Part shown: positions 24,446-37,470 of the stretch, one piece after another | Position numbering within the stretch: the stretch's first letter is position 1 | How the letters are laid out: every line of letters begins with the position of its first letter | NCBI GenBank assembly: GCA_013239625.1 | Contig: MU053493.1 | Span: forward strand, 124,001 to 188,000 | DNA: 64,000 nt | Direction of reading: 5' to 3' | DNA from: Lama guanicoe | Taxonomy: Eukaryota | Notes under the pieces: generated by a model | What the model was told of the DNA's origin: nothing | What the model saw: only the letters and a program-made list of their open reading frames with translations | The model's database searches: none | Made by a program: the position numbers and the translations under genes

Positions 24446-25934
24446 TATTTGCATCCATTTTCAAATGTGAGAAGTTATACTATGAAAAAGGTGCCTGTGT
24501 CTAGAAAGTTATGAACTTATTTATTAATAAATTAGCTATCAAATGATAATATGTGCCAGTTAACAATTGCTTACTTTCTAGTTTTCTCTTTAAAAGTAAG
24601 GTGGTTAATAGTTAAATTTTTTAATCAATATTTATTAATGATAGTACCAGGACTGATAAGGTAAAAATAGTTCTATATGCAGGAAATGTAAGACATGATT
24701 TTTTAAAATTGAAATATAGTTGACTTACAATATTGCATTAGTTTCAGGTGTACAGTAAGGTGATTCAGATATGTATTTTTTGTTATAGAAGATATATTGG
24801 AAAGGAATCTTGGAAAAGGCATCTTTTGTGGTCAGTGCTAAGATTGGAAGAATTATTTACAAGGTTTTTAAAGCTCTGTCTTAGAATTAATAGTCCCAAG
24901 ATGCAAAACTCAAATTTGGTTTTCTTTCTCTGCTAAAACAACAAAAATTACTTAGCTTCATAGTGTGCTTTTGATAAGAAATTGTAAGAAAAGTTCACTC
25001 CTTAGTTTTTAAGTGTTTGCCTGGGAATCTAATATTTATATCTTAAAATGTTTGCCTTTAATTCAGATTGTCTTTATCAGACCCTTGATTACTGAAAGAA
25101 AACTGAGTTCATGGTATGAACAGAGCTACATATTTTACAACTATACAACTTTACATATTTTCCTTTGAAATATTTTGTCAGTTTGGTTAAATGGAACTTA
25201 TTGTTTTACCATGACTGGCTATCCTATTTAGTGAAGTGTTCAACCTTTTGACATTTTGGGAGCTTCTCCAAAACAGATTTTAAATAGAGTATTTTTGACC
25301 TCAAATTAACTTTGAGATTTTTAGATGGCCTCTGGAAAATCTGAAAGTATTTGCATCTTATCTGGTAAAAGATAGATATCAAACTAATTTGGTTTATATT
25401 GTATGTTAAATTACCTAAGATGCATTGTCAAATCAGAAGTGATAAATTTGTCAACACCTTAGTTTTCAGATTACCATATTAAAATATTTCATGCCACAGA
25501 AATAACTAATATCCTTCATCAAATAAACTACATCAGAACTTTAACCATGGATATTTTACTTGAAACTGTGCTTTTTTTTTAATTTTGTTTTCTGGACTGA
25601 AGGAAACTTCCCTTAAGCTATCTGTAATGTACACCAATATGGTAAACTATCCCTTTGTGACGAAAGATGTGACAATTGCTTTTCTTCACCTTACTTGATC
25701 CCTCCAGAATTTGAATGCTTATATGTATAGCACTATAGTAATTTGCAATAAAATTAGTAATTAGTAATAAACTATCTTCTAATTACAACAGGACACAGTT
25801 GGAAATATTGATTACATTATAATAGCTTTGACTAGAATTTTATATTGAGAGTGTTGTGCATTCAATCAGATATGGCCTGAGAGCCTTAAGGAAGTAAGAT
25901 GGACTTTAAGGAGCCAATACTTAAAAGTCCCCCT

Positions 25935-28481
25935 TTCAATTCTCCTATTTGTTTGGGCAGAGGACAAATGTAATGAACGGTGACAGTTGAATGTTAGGAG
26001 ATTAACATACTGATGCAAATGCTGTATTAAATGTGGTTTTATTGATACAAGGAATTCACAATACTCTGATACCCAGTAGTGAGCTGTTGACCTGGCAAAT
26101 GCCTCCCTCACCTTAGTGCCTACTAGAAGCAGTTTCCTTATGTGTGCGAGGCCAGCAATGCACATTCATTGTCCTACCTCAGGGATGTATCAACTGTCCA
26201 GCCTATGTCACAGTTTAGTTTGCAGGGATGTTGATCGCCCCTCCACCCCACATGATATCACACTGGTCCATTGTAGTGATGCATTAAATTATGAGGTTAT
26301 GCTGCTTAGATCTAGAGAGGAAGACCAGCAACTATTCTAGACTTAATGGTAAGACATTTGATGTCAGATGGTGGAGATTAAATTCCAATAAAAGTCCAGG
26401 AGCTTCTGCTTCAGTGTCATCTCTAGGGAGCCAAAAGGTGTTGGGGCATGTCCAGATACACTTTTTAAGGTAAAAGGCAAATTCTTTTATCAGTATCCTT
26501 TTTTAAACTAAAAGGCATAACACCCAGTGGGCATTTTGATTTTAAGAGCAACATATTCATCATTTGGATATGTTAACCTGTCCCACGTATCAAGTGACAG
26601 GAAGCTACTAATTTTGAGCGCAGTGTGGTGGGGGGAGAAGAGAGGGCTCTGTAATGGGTCCAGGATGCTGTACAAGCCATTCTACCACTTGGACCACATA
26701 ACCCAGCAGACCAAATGGCTCTTGAATTTCCATTGATTCACAGGGAAGCTATTTGAAGCCTTTGGCAGCCCACAGGTAAATCACAGCACAGATGATTAGG
26801 ATTTTAGAGCAAGACCCAGCTATCATACTCCAATTAATACTCTCCTTTTAAGAAGCAACTTTTGCTCTGTGGCTTGTCCTCATCAGAGACTGAATATTTA
26901 ACCATGAGCCACCAAGACATTATTTGACTGTGGCTGCCCAAGTGTTATCTGACTCAACAAGTCTTAAAGTTGGACAGGCACAGCAGCACTCCTACATCAA
27001 ATGGGAGTGGTACGTATATGATTGGGCCCAGACAGGCCAGGAAGGTTCACATAAGTGACAGGGGGATGTGTCATTTCCCATCCATACCTGTGTCCCATAA
27101 TGTGGGGTTCCCTTTTGCCCCTTGACACAGGAAGAAAAGACTCAAGCCTGGTTACTGATGAATTTGCACCACATAGAGGCATCACCTGAAAGTGTAGAGC
27201 TGTAGTGTTATAGCCTCTTCCTGGGGCTTCACTGAAGGACAGCGAGAATGGACACTGAGCATCCCACTATTCAGAACTTCAGGCAGTCAGTGAACCTGCT
27301 TGTGCATATTGTTTGAAAGATAAAATGGCCTGAAGTGTGATTATATAATGATTTGGGGCTGTAGGGAATGGTTTGGCTTGATGGTCAGGCCAAAGGGACT
27401 TTAAAGGGACACAATTGGAAAACTGGTAACACTGAACTTTGGGGAAGAGTTATGTGGATATACTTCTCTCAATTGGCAGAGAAAACAATAAGATATGTGT
27501 GTCCCATGTAAACGCTCACCAGGGTTTGAACCCAGAAGAGGAAGATTTCAACAATCAAGCAGAGAGGATGACACATTCTGTGCGTATCAGTCAACCTCTT
27601 ACTCTGCCATACCAGTCCTTGCCCAGAGGGCTCATGAAAAAGGTGGCTGTGGTGGTAGTGATGGAGGTCATGCATGTGCTCACCAGTATGGGCTTCCTTT
27701 CGCCATGGCTAAGTGCCTGCTCTGCCAAAAGTGGGCAGCAGCACTGGGTTGCTCATGTGGCATGTTCCAGGGGGTCTTCAGACAGAACCCTGATGGCCTG
27801 TTGGTTACATAAGGATGCTTTCATCATGGAAGGGGCATCATTTTAGCCTTGTTGAAACAGACACTTACTGCGGGTCTCAATTTGCTTGGACTACATTCAT
27901 ACTGTTGCCAAAACTACAGTGTGGACTTAAAGATGCTTTATCTGTTCTCATAGTATTCCATGTAGGATTGCTTCAGTTCAAGGAACTTGCCTCACAGCAA
28001 AAGAAGTGAGTCAAGGGGTGCATACCCATTGAATCCACCATCTCATCCTGTTCACCACTATCCTGAAGCAGCTGGATAGATACAACAGGGGAAGGGCCTT
28101 TTGAAGACTCAGTCTCAGTGGCACTCAGGAAGGTGGCAGTATATTGCAGGGCTGTGGAAAGTTTCTTCAGGAGGTTGTCTGTGTCCTGAATCAGCTTCCT
28201 GTAACGGGGCTGTTAATAGGTCCAGAAATGAAGGAATGAAAATGGTAGGGGCATCACATTCTGTAGTACTCTTAGAAATATGTTTTTCCCTTTCATGACA
28301 TTAAAATCTGCCGACATAGACTTTGTAGTTCCAGGTGAAGGGATGTTTCAGCTAGGAGACAGAACATCGATTCTTCTGAGTGGAGATTAAGACTGACCCC
28401 CAGCCACATTGTGCTCCACACGCCTCTGTGTCAACAGGCAAAGAGGGGAGTTACTGCACTATATTGGGTGATTCTTATTAC
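25935..28481 (+). mobile_element. ERV-L pol remnant (RT-RNaseH-IN-dUTPase)
   Basis: FNSPI, AVDLANA, LPQG, SHVNAHQ, caccactatcctgaagcagctgg (HHPEAAG-like), dUTPase-like gttccaggtgaagggatg. Confidence 0.85.
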
Positions 28482-28945
28482 TGTCACAGGACAGCCATAC
28501 CTGAAGAGTATTTAATGTGGTAAAAACATATTTATTCAGAACTATATTAATAATGAAAAAGAGACCTCAATATAGAGCTTGGCTTAATGAAGAATAGAGA
28601 ATTGGGAAGAGGGAATTTATATCATAGGAGCTCAGTGGGGCGGGGGGTCACTGGATGGTGTATTACTAATAGGAACCACCAAGGACAAGGGAATTTCTTC
28701 ATAAACCAACATATGGGATTTTTGCTGAAGATGAGTCAGACTGATCAGACATTACCTGCTGGTGAGGAGGGAATATGAGAAACCTAATTAGATATTGAGG
28801 GTGATCAGACCTGGGGGATGAAGGACTCATGCAAAACACTCTCAGCAGAATTTTTGCTAGGGATTTTACAAGGAGGTACCCATATGGGCCTAGGAGAAAT
28901 TTCAAGGGTCTAATTAAAGTTTGGTCAACCAACTCATCCTTATCA
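28482..28945 (-). mobile_element. MER31-like ERV1 LTR
   Basis: TG...CA ends; gatattgagggtgatcagac, ggattttacaagg, aaagtttggtca. Confidence 0.75.
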
Positions 28946-28961
28946 GGCCTCTTATTTGTAA

Positions 28962-30624
28962 TTTTTAAACAGATAATACTTTATTCAAATCCATCAGAGA
29001 ACTGGATAGATTGTCTCTGTAACAAAGCATTGTGTTTTAAAGCATAGATCAGTAATTCTATATGAGGATATACACTGCTACATACAAATTAACTGATCAG
29101 ATCACAACTTCTCAACGTTTAAAACAGATTAAGCTTCCCTGAAAAACCAGCACCTTTGTTATATTTTAACTTTACTATTCTTTCCCTTCTTCTTCTCCCT
29201 CTCCTTCAATAGAATCTATGCCAACTTCTTCATAATCCTTCTCAAGGGCAGCCATGTCCTCATGGGCCTCAGAAAACTCTCCTTCCTCCATGCCCTCACT
29301 GATGTACCAGTGAACAAATGCATGCTTGTCTTACATCAGGTCAGATTTGTGGTCCAGGCAAACTCAGACCTCAGCCATGGCTGTGGTCTTGCTGAGCATG
29401 CACACAGCTTGCTGTACTTTGGGCAGATCTCCACCAGGTACCACTGTTGGAGGCTAGTAATTAATGATAACTTTGAAGCCACTGGGGCACCAGTCCACAA
29501 ACTATTTGGTTTGTTTGGTCTTGATGGTGGCAGTGACAGCATTGACATATTTCTGAGCCACATCACCATGGTACAACAGGCAGCAAGCCACCTATTTACC
29601 ATGGTGATGGTCACAGTTCACCATCTGGATGGCATGGCTGGCTCAAAAAGTAAGCACAGGTGACCTCTGATACAGAAAGCTGTTCATTGTAGGCTTTCTC
29701 AGCAGAGATGACAGTGGCAAATGGATCCAGAAGGAAGTGAATGTGAGGACAGGGCACCAGGTTGACCTGGAATTCTGTCAGATCAACATTCAGGGCACCA
29801 TCAAATCTCAGGGAAGCAGTGACAGAGGACACAACTTGACCTATCAGCATATGCAGGTTAGTGTAGGTTTGGAGTTCGATGTCGTGGTTTCCATCACAGA
29901 TGTTGTACATGGCTTCATTTTCTACAATGAAGGCACAATCAGAGTGCTCCAGGGTGGTGTGGGTGGTGAGGATGGAGTTGCAGGGCTCATCTACAGCTGT
30001 GATAACCTGGGGGTCTTTGTACACGGAGAACTCCAATTTGGACTTCTTGCCATAATTGACAGAATTCCCATCAGTGGGGAGGTGAATCCAGAACCAGTTC
30101 CCCCACTGAAGCTGTGGAAAACCAAGGAGCACTGAAGACCTGTTAACTAGTCAGCCATTTTCCAGATTTGGTCCAAGACGAGGTCAACGATCTCCTTGCC
30201 AATGGTATAGTGACCATGGGCATAGTTATTGACAGCATCTTCTTTGCCTATGATGAGCTCCTCAGGGTGGAAGACCTGGTGGCAGGTGCCAGTGTGAACT
30301 TCATCAATAACTGTGGTTTCTAGGTCTACAAACACTGCCCTGAGCACATGTTTGCCAGCACCTGTTTCACTGAAGGAGTTATTGAAGGGTCATCTCCTCC
30401 CACAATGGTCTTGTCACTTGGCATCTGGCCATTGGGCTGAATGTCATGTTCCATGCAGTAGAGCTCCCAGCAGGCATTACCAATCTGGACACCAGCCTGG
30501 CCGACATGGATGGAGATGCGCTCAGGAAAAGTTGCTCTTTTGCAGCTACTGAGCAGATAGCAGAGAGGAAGAAGTTTGTTGCTTCTTACAGCGTGACTCT
30601 TAGGCAATCAATGTAAGAGAACCT
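28962..30624 (-). pseudogene. TUBA1A: Processed alpha-tubulin pseudogene, copy 1 (parent TUBA1A)
   Basis: Intronless; [47 protein letters not shown]; 5'UTR ggttctcttaca..cctaagagtcacgctgtaagaagcaac and the 3'UTR match TUBA1A as recalled; IGQ (Gly232); ATG lost, frameshifts; aataaa at 28980-28985. Confidence 0.93.
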
Positions 30625-30634
30625 GCCTGTAATA

Positions 30635-30960
30635 ATTTTTTTAACTGAAGTATAGTCAATTTACAATGCTGTTAATTTCTGGTGTACAGCATAGAGTTTC
30701 AGGTATATACATATATATGTGTGTATATATATTTTTTCATTATATTTTATTACAAGTTATTGCATATAGTTCCCTGTGCTATACAGTAGAAACATGTTGT
30801 TTATCTATTTTATATATAGTAGTTAGTATCTACAAATCCCGAGCTCCCAATTTATCCATCACCGCCTCCTTCCCCACCCAGGTAACCATAAGCTTGTTGT
30901 AAATGTCTGTGAGTCAGTCTCTGTTTTGTAAATAAGTTCATTTGTGTCCTTTTCATTTCT
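30635..30960 (-). mobile_element. Short L1 3'UTR fragment (artiodactyl type)
   Basis: ttttaactgaagtatagtcaatttacaatg...tccctgtgctatacagtag...ggtaaccataag. Confidence 0.8.
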
Positions 30961-33115
30961 TTTTGGGCAGTTTTACTTCCCAATGATTCCTAGTCTTAAG
31001 GGAAAAGAATTGGAAATGCTAATTTGGGGAGTTTTAGTCAGATTTTGGAGTTAACTACAATAATCCAGCATTTGTCAAGGACTGCCAAGAAGTGATTGAT
31101 GAGACCCAGAAGTGTACATCATGGTTTTCCATTGAAACAAAATTTTACCTCTATTGTCACCACCTCTTCTATCAGAGAGAATCATAGACAAATTTGTTTG
31201 CAAAATAAGTCCAGTCTCATTAAATTTAGTCTGATTATTTATGTAAGTACAGCAGGAATAATGACTGACCACATGGTCTCTAGAGTTTGCTTTGCTGAAA
31301 CTTTTCATAAGGAGCCTGAGATTAGACATTTAAAACCCTCTGGATGCTATGAAGCCAAACCAGGAGTTTACACTAGCTTTTGTCTACAATACCTGTCGAT
31401 TGAGGTGAATTCCACTTTTGTATACATTCCTCAAATAGTCTTTTTTTTACTAGATTTTATATTTTAGAGCAGTTATATTCCTGTCACTATCTAAAATCTC
31501 AAACTTCCAATCTATCCCTTTCCACCCCGCTCTACCCTGGCAACCATAAGTTTATATTCTATGTCTGTGAATCTGTTTCTGTTTTATATTTAGGTTCATT
31601 CCACTCATCTGTCTTCTAGCTCATTGGTCCGTACTTCTAAGAGACTCATTTAGTCTATTCTTGGTTACTTCTAGTGTGTTATTTATTTCAACTCTGAATA
31701 TTCTTTTTATTTTCCATCTCTTTGCTGAAAACCTTCGTTCTGTGCATCTATACTCCTCTTGAGTTCTCTGAACATCTTCAACATTATTACTTTAAACTCT
31801 CAAATAAATTGCTTATCTTTTCATCACTTGTTTCTTCTTCTGGGATTTTATATTGTGCCTTAAACTGGTAGATATTCTTCTGCTGTCTCATATCATCTAT
31901 CTTTCTATGTGTTTGTGGATTCCTTACACAGGCATTGGGATTGTTGTTTTCTTATTTCTGGTATCTGTCCCAGTTGACAAGGTTGGACTAGAGGCTTATG
32001 CAGGTTTCCTAGTAGGAGAAGCCAATGCCTACCCACTGCTGTGTGAAACTTGGTCCCAGACCTCTGGTGGGTAGGGTTGTATCTAGAGGCCTTTGTGGCC
32101 TAGGACGTATGCTGATGGGTGTGGCTGTGTCCCCACCCTGTATTTTGTTTGGCCTGAGGCTTCCCTACAGGCTGTTGGGTGTGGTTCCATCTTGGAGTGG
32201 ATGATTCAATCAAGATGTCATTCTCCAGGAAAGCTCATATTGATGAATACTCCCAGAATGACTGCCACTAGTTTTGTGTCCCCTGGGTGAGCCCCAGACA
32301 TCCCCCAAGTCCCCAGGAGATCTATCATTTCCAGCAGGTAGGTCTGGCACAGTTTGCTATGAAATCACTGCCTCTGCTCTTGAACCTCATGCATGTGAGT
32401 TTCCACATATGCTTCTCAAGTGGAGCCTCTGTTTCTCCCAGTCCTGTGGGGCTCCCAGAGGCAAGCCCCACTGGCCTTGGAAACTAGATATCCTGGGGTT
32501 TCCTTCTCTTCCCAACACCAGGACCTGAACTGGGAAGACTGTCAGGGGGCTTAAAGATCTCACTCCGGTGGGATGGCCTCTGCAACTTAACAAATCTTCA
32601 CTTTGTGGGTCACCCCCTTAGAGGATATGGGGCCCAATTATATCTTGAGCACACCCCTCCTACCATCTTACTGTTTTTCCCCTTTATGTTTCCAGTTGCA
32701 GAAAATCTTTTTTGCTAGATTCCAGTCTTTTTTTTTTGATGTTTGTTCAACATTCAGTTGCAGTTTTGTTGTAGTCAAGAGGAGAAGCAAGTTTGAGTAC
32801 TGGCCACTCTGCCATCTTGACCAGTTTCCTGAACTTGCCTACATTACCCACATATTCTGTGGTTCCTGGGCCTTCCTGAAAGTGACTCTCCTTACTGACT
32901 TCTAACTTGTGAAACCCCATAAGCTAAGTTCAGGCCAGATTTTCCAAGGGTCACTTTGTAAGAATTGGGTCCTTAAAGTTTACTTAGTTCCTTAAAGTTC
33001 TTAGATCACATCTGGTTTGATGCATAACATTTTCAAATACAGCAATCCAGTCATAGCCTTGATATTATAATAAATGTTCCCAATTTCATCCTATTGCAAG
33101 AAGAATAGAATGTTG
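30961..33115 (-). mobile_element. MER4-group/MER31-int-like internal remnant (interrupted)
   Basis: gtttgcaaaataagtccagtctcattaaatttagtctgattattta typical of MER4-group internals; lies on the internal side of LTR 28482-28945. Confidence 0.55.
31442..32834 (-). mobile_element. Internally deleted L1 derivative (3' tail + ORF1 start + 5'UTR)
   Basis: Poly-T then tagattttatattttagagcagtt; L1 3'UTR piece; jump to ORF1 at ~31600; 5'UTR homologous to 23860-24445 and 49430-50670; degenerate TSD 31418/32835. Confidence 0.7.
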
Positions 33116-36100
33116 TGTTATTGGGAAAAATGTAATAAAAATTACCTCGTTCTTAATCACCTAAAAAAAAAGAATTTTTGAAGAGAGTCAAAAAGCATGA
33201 TATAAGAAAGATTTTTTCATTAGTGAAGTAAAAAAATAAAAAAAAGTGGAAGACAGTACACTCCCAAAAGTTGGGAACAGGCCAATTCAAGAGAGGAAAA
33301 ATGGTGTTGTTCCTTTGTTTTTCCTGTTTTATACCCTTGTTTTGTGATTGATTGATTGATTAATTGACAACTCAGGTTCCCTGTGCTCTGGGTTATTCCT
33401 TTCCCCTTCCTCTCCCCCTTCCCAGTGCTCATTTACACTTAAGCTACCTAACATTAACCCCTCTAGTCATAGGACTCCAAGTTTTGGGGATGTAGAGGGT
33501 AACAGCTGCTCTAACTACTTCCTGCTGACCTGGGGTGATGTTGGGGCTCATTAGGGTCCCAGACTTACTGGATGTCCCTGGGAAGGTGGTGAGCAAAGGG
33601 TCAGTGTACATCGAGGGGCTTGTATAAAAGCTATCTTGGCTGATTGGTTGATTACCTAGTTGTATAGCTATTTGAAGATTCAATTGGAGTGTTGCTTGCA
33701 AAGCAGTCTCAGATTCCTAAGAGGTTCACGAGAAGATGTGGCTGCTCTCTGTGAACCAGATATCATCAAGGTTTTCCAGGGCTTAGTCAGTGAGATCTGT
33801 TCTAGCTCCTAGAGAAATGGATAGGATCTCATGGCTTAGGTGAAAGGGAAGATACCCACCTGGTGATGGTAATAGTGTGGCAGAATTGAGTGTCCCTCAA
33901 ACGGAGACAGTGACATCTGAGTTTTTGAGTGTTTGAGAGCCAGAAATGACCCTTGCCTTTTAAAAGATCAGAAACTTTGTGGTTAGCGTATACTTGTATA
34001 GAGATCCACAGATTTAACTTAAAGGCTTCCTCCAGGAGAGTGGAGAGGGCTCCCTACACTCTTAGGCAGGAAGGTCAGCCTTGAGCATTGGGATCTAGAT
34101 GCTTGGAGAGGTATCTCATGGGCTGTTGGGTATGACCCAGCCATTGGGTGTGGGTCCCAAGTCTATTCCTCCTCTCTCATGAACGTATAACTGGAAGGGT
34201 CTTGTGGGATATGGAAGCCCCAAGGATGGAAATACTAGGAGATTTTTAAATTTTTCCATTGTTTCCTGTTGAGAAGGACCCCACTGGAGAGGTACTGAGT
34301 CATCCTTACTCTTTAAGCTGTCATATAGTGGTTGAGCTATAGATCAAAGCCTACAGTAACCTGTTAGTCCAAGAAATATCCTGAGCTGTTTTTGAGTAGT
34401 GGGATTAGAGAGTTCTAAGATTCCCTGAATTTGTTTGGGGAAACTCTATGGTTTCCAGGAGTCAGAACAACTGCTAAATAAGTTACATCTTGTATGACCA
34501 TTTTGGCCATTGACCTGGAAACTTTATATCCTGCCTTGATCAAGAAGTCAAGAGTTTGGATTGTATGCTGAATGGCCTGTTATTGAGTAAGGGAACAGAT
34601 AAGTAAGTCATCTACATGTTGGAGAATAGTTCCTTTTTTGAGCTGTAAGTCCTGTAAATTTTGGGCCAAAGCTAGCCCAAAGAAATGAGGGCTGTGTGAT
34701 AATGCTAAACCCCTGCGATAATGCTGTCCAGGTCAGCTGACATTGATACCCATTAAGTGAGTCCAACTGAAAGGCAAATAATTATTGGTATTGGGGACTA
34801 TGTTGTATACAGAAGAAAGCATCTTTAGATCTATATCAGTGTACCACTGGGCTACTGGAGGTATGTTTTTAGTAATAGACAGGGATTTGGAACCACTGGA
34901 TGAAGAGGCACTACAGCCTCCTTTATGATTTTTAAATTTTGGACTAATCTGTAGGTCCCATCCTTCTTAATGACCAGAAGAATAGGTGTGTTGTAGGATC
35001 TGGAGGAGAAGGATCTGGAGAAGACAGTCAGGACTGAGTAGGTGGCCCCAGTATCCAAAAACAAACTTATTGTCCTACCTGCCACATTGATATGTCCCCA
35101 TGGCTCTATCCCAGTGGTGAAGATCTCTTGGACTAGGGCTGACTGGAGGGAGCTTCTTTAGTCCTGGACAATCATCTGCAGGTTGCAGGCTGGTTCTCCC
35201 CAACAGGCTGTTTGGCTTGAGGGACAGAGGGCCACCCAATGACCTTGCTTATTACACCAAATATAGGTAGACCTTGGAGGTTTGTCCTTATGGGGACATT
35301 CTTGGCCCATTTACCAGATCTGTGACAGATATTGTATTTATCATCAGGCTTGTCTGAGGCTGCTTCAGACTGAGGAATTAGGGGTGGTGGCTGCCTTTAA
35401 AGGGCTGTAATAATTTGGGTATATCTGGCCTCTTTCCTTCATTCTTCCTCTGACCCTCAGTCTCTTGTACATGATCAAAAAACAAAAACAAAAACAAAAA
35501 CAAAAACCTGTGGCAGCAATGGCTAGCATTTATCAAGAGTTAATCTGGGTTCCTGGATTGCCTTTTGGAGTTTTTGTCTAATATCAGGGGCAGATTGGGT
35601 GAGAAATTTATCCTTTAAACAAGGGGCATATGGTAGGGACAGTAGGGAAGGATGTACATTTAAGGGAGTCCCTCTCAAAGAGGTGTTGGGGGCAGCAGGT
35701 TGCTAATAGTAACCAAGGTCAAGGTGGTCATTTTGTATTTCTTTAAGAGATCATTGTTATCCTTCAGCAAATAAAAGACCCAGATTGATGGTATTTTAGA
35801 CCATTTACCTTGTATATTGTAGAAGAGATTAAACTGGATCAAGTTCTTTTATTATGGGCCATGATTTTAGCTAAATTATAGCCCAGGGGAGTCCAGTGGG
35901 GATCAACTGTTGGCTTTCCATCTGAAGGGGAGGATACTGGGCAAAGGGGGGTTTCAGAGCTCAAGTTCCCAAGGTGAAACCCACAGGCTATAGTCTGATG
36001 TTACAGTCTTCAGCCTTTAGCCAAGAGTACCCTGAAACCATGGACAAAACAGCGTGGTGTCCCAGGGTCATTGGTCTGCAGAAGGTGTACCTGGCATCCA

Positions 36101-37436
36101 GCCTCCTCTCTGAATGGGAAAAGTGACCAAAGTCTTACTATTAGCTGGGAATGCCCACAGTCTAAATAAATGGTCAGTTTTAACCACACAGGTTGTCAAT
36201 GACACAGGAGCAGGAGAGCTGCTCAACTGGGATAACCAGAGAAAGGGGGAGCAAAATAGAGGAGTGAGTTAGGGTTAGAGTGTCCCTATGGAAGTTCCTG
36301 AATGGGGAAGGCAGTAGGAGATGAGAACTAAACTAGAACTCCAGAAGCTCACTTTTCTAAGGCAGAGATATTTTCTTGCCTGAGCAAGAGTCCCCAGAGG
36401 GATATGAAGCCAGAAAGAAGTCAGAGACATTGCAGCCCATGATTGCTGTCCATGGTGTCGTTTTCTAGAACAGGACACCAGGGACAATGTTACTCAAGCC
36501 ATGTATGAAAGAGGTGGGCAAATACTTGCTGGCCAGTGAATAAAGCAAACAGGGTATGGTTATAAGAGATCCCAGGCATCATAGGTTAAAATAGTGGCAA
36601 CAAGTGCATGGCCCCTGCTGTATTATGGAACTGAGAGTTTTCTTTTTGGTAGGAGAGTAAGTTAATAATAGCCCAATAGGGAGACACCCTTGTCGGATTG
36701 AATGGAACTAGCAGTGGGCAGTGGGAAAAAGAGAATTAGAGATTGAAAGACAGTGTTTTTTTACAAAACTCAATAGCAGGGATCAGAAAACAAGCCAGGA
36801 TCCACAGCAAAGGCTAGAGACCAGTATATAAAGGTGTGAGTGATAATGTAATTGGTATACAGGTCTCGTATGGTGTCTTGGGTCACCTGTCTACCTCACA
36901 TGTCATCTTCTACTTTTCCTAGTTTGGTAGCTTCTCCTTTGTTTGAACATTGTTTTAAGGTGGTCAGTACTCTTCTCCATAGGCCAATCCAGTGTAAGGG
37001 CCAGAAGTGATTAGTTTACTGTGGTTCTGGATTAAGCCTTGTTATCTCCACTTGGAGCTCCAAGGCTGGCAGGGCTGCTGGGGGCACAGTTCACTAAGGC
37101 AGGCTTGCATGTGGCTAGGCATAGGGAAAGGCAGCACATGGCCTTAGTACCATCACACTGCAACTGGCCCAGCACAGGGGACAAAATGGACAACTTACTG
37201 CCTGATCAGCACAGCAGTGCTTGGAGTTCCATGCCCTGTATCCTCCCTTCACCCTCCACAGCCTGGCCAAGGTGTTTGTGATCCACTGGTCTCTGGGAGG
37301 CAAGGGAAAATGAAGGAAGAAAGATTAGGTTTAAGCACGCCATCTGACTCACAGCCCCAAATTTGTTACCAGGAAAAGAGAATTAAGAACTACCTCAGTT
37401 CTTAGTCACTCAAAAAAAAAAAAAAAAAAAAAAAGG

Positions 37437-37470
<34 letters not shown>

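Larger units (their letters stand above)
20736..25934 (+). mobile_element. AT-rich MER4-group-like ERV internal remnant interrupted by L1s
   Basis: Continuous across TSD-bounded insertions; composition resembles MER4-group internal sequence. Confidence 0.45.

Noticed and set aside
28950..30640. TSD around the tubulin retrocopy
   Set aside because: Only a weak tgtaat-t-rich match, confounded by the adjacent L1 tail
31600..32830. Third copy of the segmental duplication
   Set aside because: Similarity ends at the L1 5' end and the flanks differ, so it is an independent insertion
33444..33701. Syncytin-like captured env
   Set aside because: Only a short env C-terminal remnant; no signal peptide, furin site or long ORF
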